From Candidatus Omnitrophota bacterium (GTDB lineage Bacteria > Omnitrophota > Gorgyraeia > B26-G9), in contig JBDRJV010000037.1 in NCBI GenBank assembly GCA_043814605.1, forward strand, positions 99,902 through 163,901: a stretch of 64,000 nucleotides of DNA. The letters are read 5' to 3'. This document shows, piece by piece, positions 61,093 through 64,000 of this stretch; the first letter of the stretch is position 1; every line of letters begins with the position of its first letter. The notes beneath the pieces were generated by a model. It was not told the origin of the DNA. It worked only from the letters and a program-made list of their open reading frames with translations, and did not search any database. A program made the position numbers and the translations under genes.

Positions 61093-61923
61093 GTGTTATT
61101 TATCCAAGAAAGATGGGAAGAATATTTTAGATACAGACATGAAGGGTTAGGCACAACCTATGAACGTTTTATCCTGCATCGCTATTTTGAAAAATTAAGG
61201 CAAGATTTTGATGTGCAAAATGTCCTGGAGGTTCCCAGTTTTGGTATGACCGGGATATCCGGGATAAACAGTATGTGGTGGGCTGATCAAGGGATAAATG
61301 TTAGTGTTGTTGATGATAATCTGCAAAGGCTTAAAAAGATTAAACAAGTCTGGCAGGAAATTTCCTTACAAGCTGAGTTTATTTATCATCAGGGTTATGC
61401 TCAGCTGCCTTTTAAAAATAAATCATTTGATTTAAGCTGGAATTTTGCCGGGTTATGGTTTGTAACGGATTTAGATGTTTTTTTCTCAGAATTAGTTCGC
61501 GTGACAAAAAAGACGATTTTTCTTTGTGTTCCGAATACATCAAATATATTTTGTGCCCAAAGAATCCATGCAGAACGTAAAGATTTAAATTTACATCTAG
61601 ATAATATAAACCCAGGAACTATTAAAGAAATAATGAAAAAACTTGGTTGGCAACTAAAAGATTCTGGTTATTTTGATGTACCGCCCTGGCCGGATATTGC
61701 GATGAATAAGGAGGAAATTTTAAAAAAAATTGGGTTAAGAAAAATAAATAAAGAAATCGAAATTAGAGAAAAGATTTGCATTTTAGATTATTTTAATAAA
61801 AAAAATCTAAACATGGAGAAAGAAATATTAAAATACGGATTTTTGGAAAATTCTTTTTTATTATTTAAAAAACTATGGGCGCATCATCGGTATTTTATAT
61901 TTAAACCAGGAGAAAATAAATAA
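61093..61923 (+). CDS. putative class I SAM-dependent methyltransferase
   Basis: VLEVPSFGMTG glycine-rich motif. 276 aa. Confidence 0.45.
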   Translation: MLFIQERWEEYFRYRHEGLGTTYERFILHRYFEKLRQDFDVQNVLEVPSFGMTGISGINSMWWADQGINVSVVDDNLQRLKKIKQVWQEISLQAEFIYHQGYAQLPFKNKSFDLSWNFAGLWFVTDLDVFFSELVRVTKKTIFLCVPNTSNIFCAQRIHAERKDLNLHLDNINPGTIKEIMKKLGWQLKDSGYFDVPPWPDIAMNKEEILKKIGLRKINKEIEIREKICILDYFNKKNLNMEKEILKYGFLENSFLLFKKLWAHHRYFIFKPGENK

Positions 61924-62807
61924 TGATTTCTGTGGTTATTCCATCTTATAACTCACAAGATACAATCGCTAAATGCTTAGATTCCTTAAAACAACAGTCT
62001 TATCAGGGAGAATATGAGATAATTCTGGTGGACAGCTCCATAGATAAAACCCCGGAAATTGTGCGAAATAATTATCCGGAAATAAAATTTACACATTTAG
62101 ATAAAAAAACTGATCCAGGCCAGGCGCGAAATTTAGGCATAAATCAGACTAAGGGGGAAATTATTGCGTTTATTGATTCTGATTGTATTGCCGATCGCGA
62201 TTGGCTCAAATACATGGAAATAGGGCATACTCAGGGGTATAATATTATCGGGGGAGCCGTAGATATTGCTAATCAGGAAAATGATTCCTTTGGCTGGGCA
62301 GGGTATATGGCTGAATTTCGTGAATTTCTTCCGGAATTGCCAAAGCATGAAGTAGGACATATTCCTACCTGCAATATATCATACAAGAAAGATATTTTCA
62401 CTAAATATGGTTTATTCAATGGCGAATACTATCCTCAGGAAGACTTGGTGTTTAATTATATGCTCAGACAAAAAGGAGAAAAAATTACATTTGATCCCCG
62501 AATTAAAGTGTTTCATCATCATCGCTCTGCATGGAAAAACTTCTTTATGCATCAAGCCAGGATTGGATTTATTACGGCAAGAGTATTAAGAGTGACTCAG
62601 GCAGAAGGATCTTTTATTGTTAAAAATCGGGCGCTAGCATGGTTATTACTTCCATTATTACCCTTAGTAAAATTTTTTAGAACTCTTTTTGTTTTTCTCA
62701 GATACCGGCCCAGGATTTTATGGAAGCAGCCGATAGCGATCCTTATTTTTGCCATAGGGCTTATTTTTTGGATTTGGGGTATGTTCAAAGGCATTTATCG
62801 TAAGTAA
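61923..62807 (+). CDS. family 2 glycosyltransferase with C-terminal TM helices
   Basis: SVVIPSYN...VDSS...DSDC GT2 signature. Confidence 0.8.
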   Translation: MISVVIPSYNSQDTIAKCLDSLKQQSYQGEYEIILVDSSIDKTPEIVRNNYPEIKFTHLDKKTDPGQARNLGINQTKGEIIAFIDSDCIADRDWLKYMEIGHTQGYNIIGGAVDIANQENDSFGWAGYMAEFREFLPELPKHEVGHIPTCNISYKKDIFTKYGLFNGEYYPQEDLVFNYMLRQKGEKITFDPRIKVFHHHRSAWKNFFMHQARIGFITARVLRVTQAEGSFIVKNRALAWLLLPLLPLVKFFRTLFVFLRYRPRILWKQPIAILIFAIGLIFWIWGMFKGIYRK

Positions 62808-62853
62808 TTATAAATAGAAGAAATATTAATCCTATTCAGCTTAAAAAAATAAA

Positions 62854-64000
62854 ATGAATTATTCTAACTTAAGACAAAAGATGGATTTCAGTATTATCGC
62901 AGCGTTTATCTGCTTGCTGGGTTTTAGCCTGCGGATTTTTATGATTTCACGCCAGAGTATTTGGTTTGATGAAGCCGCAAGCTTAGTCAGTGCAATCCAA
63001 CCATCGCTGACTGCGGTAATAAAAACTACAATTATAACTGAGAGAATACCGCCGCTTTATCCTGTTTTTTTACACTTTTGGATAAAGGAATTTGGATTTT
63101 CTGAAGCTAGCATTAGATTCCCGTCGGTAATTTTTGGAACCCTCACGGTGCCGCTTTTGTATTTATTTGTTAAAAAATTTATTAATTTCAAAATTGCGGT
63201 TATTTCTAGCTTACTGCTAGCTGTTTCACCTATCCATATATATTTCTCTCAGGAAGCACGTTATGTTTGCGTATTTATTTTTCTTAATTTATTTTCAACG
63301 ATCTTGTTTTATGGAATGCTGAAAAAGGAAAGTAAAATTAAATTCCGGGATTCCTGTTTCTATGTTTTTATAACTTGTTTGGCAATGTATACAAATTACC
63401 TGATGGTTTTGAGCCTTTTCGGGCAAAATATTATATATTTGCTGCATAACCGAATAAATAAAGTAAAAATGGGAATTTGGATAAAAGGACAATTTGCGAT
63501 ATTTCTATTGTGTTTTTTACCCTTAACATTTTTTTTAACAAGTCAAGTTATTAGCGTTAGCCAGGAAAATTCTCAAGACAGAGAAAAAATAAACCTAAAT
63601 CTAAATTATTCTCAAACGACAGAACCAGAAAAGGCTATGAATAAGGAAGATAATTTTAGCAACTCAAAGGTCAATGCTCTGTTAGGGATAGTTAGGAGTA
63701 GAATCAAATTTCAGTTTTTATCAACACTGAAGATGGGTTTTTTTCATGCCCCCTTTTTTTTAGGCTCAGGCATACGCTATTTGAATCGCGTCCCTTATGA
63801 TTGGAGCCCTATTTTTCTCAACATTGTTATAATACCCAGCACATTGCTTTTTCTCGCATTATTTTTGTTAGGGTGGTTAGTCTGTATTAAGAAGAATGAA
63901 TTGTATATTGTCCTGTTATTTTTCATGCCATTTACCTTTATTTTATTAATTAAACTATTAGGGCTGCGTCCGATAGGAGTGCGGCACATAGCTTTTTTAT
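62854..64000 (+). CDS. GT-C glycosyltransferase (ArnT / PMT family 39/83-like), partial; runs off window end
   Basis: Hand-translated continuous ORF from ATG 62854 with no stop before 64000. N-terminal block LRIFMISRQSIWFDEAASLV with a DE motif and multiple TM helices. Absent from the ORF track because it has no stop codon. Confidence 0.6.
   Translation, partial: MNYSNLRQKMDFSIIAAFICLLGFSLRIFMISRQSIWFDEAASLVSAIQPSLTAVIKTTIITERIPPLYPVFLHFWIKEFGFSEASIRFPSVIFGTLTVPLLYLFVKKFINFKIAVISSLLLAVSPIHIYFSQEARYVCVFIFLNLFSTILFYGMLKKESKIKFRDSCFYVFITCLAMYTNYLMVLSLFGQNIIYLLHNRINKVKMGIWIKGQFAIFLLCFLPLTFFLTSQVISVSQENSQDREKINLNLNYSQTTEPEKAMNKEDNFSNSKVNALLGIVRSRIKFQFLSTLKMGFFHAPFFLGSGIRYLNRVPYDWSPIFLNIVIIPSTLLFLALFLLGWLVCIKKNELYIVLLFFMPFTFILLIKLLGLRPIGVRHIAFL

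Noticed and set aside
1-64000. CRISPR arrays, tRNA or rRNA genes
   Set aside because: No regularly spaced direct repeats, cloverleaf-compatible segments or rRNA-like GC-rich blocks were seen. The non-coding gaps are short and AT-rich.

Overview
AT-rich bacterial chromosomal segment, with genes on both strands and largely organised as operons. Left third (1-27.5 kb): the end of the dcw cell-wall cluster (murC-murB-ddl-ftsQ-ftsA), followed not by ftsZ but by a REC/HD-GYP regulator. Then pilT, a B12/radical-SAM enzyme, and a two-component and c-di-GMP cluster: a membrane histidine kinase with a periplasmic CxxCH heme motif, a second kinase, a CheY-like REC and a REC-GAF-GGDEF. Then yggS-proC, ileS-dksA-like-lspA-lgt-rluD, a ComFB-CheR fusion, a membrane PilZ protein, a 984-aa secreted protein overlapping a membrane-anchored tri-heme cytochrome c, and a GT2 glycosyltransferase. 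Centre (28.4-36.5 kb): an ~8 kb integrative element inserted in-frame into comM/yifB at the codons for Arg-Ile-Pro. It is bounded by a directly repeated 8-bp core GGGATTCT. All of its genes are on the minus strand. They include a large serine recombinase whose ORF runs across the left junction into comM DNA, a canonical small serine recombinase plus a catalytically degenerate paralog, a heavily structured non-coding region, a small-ORF operon, a HEPN (R-N-x3-H) protein co-transcribed with a small membrane/coiled-coil protein, other small membrane proteins, and two near-identical promoter/5'UTR cassettes, one of which ends exactly at the element's right boundary. Right third: a DUF212/LysM-L,D-transpeptidase ORF, accA, bioY, a frameshifted yjeF_N, a carbamoyltransferase flanked by tiny membrane proteins, an AsmA-like protein, PilZ, bamD, an lptE-like gene, holA, rpsT, murJ, uvrC, an MGMT-like gene, rfbA and rfbC. 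The window ends with a glycan-modification cluster: three GT2 Dpm1-like enzymes, two GT-C ArnT/PMT-like enzymes, a radical-SAM/SPASM enzyme, an epimerase and a methyltransferase. No CRISPR array, rRNA or tRNA was seen.
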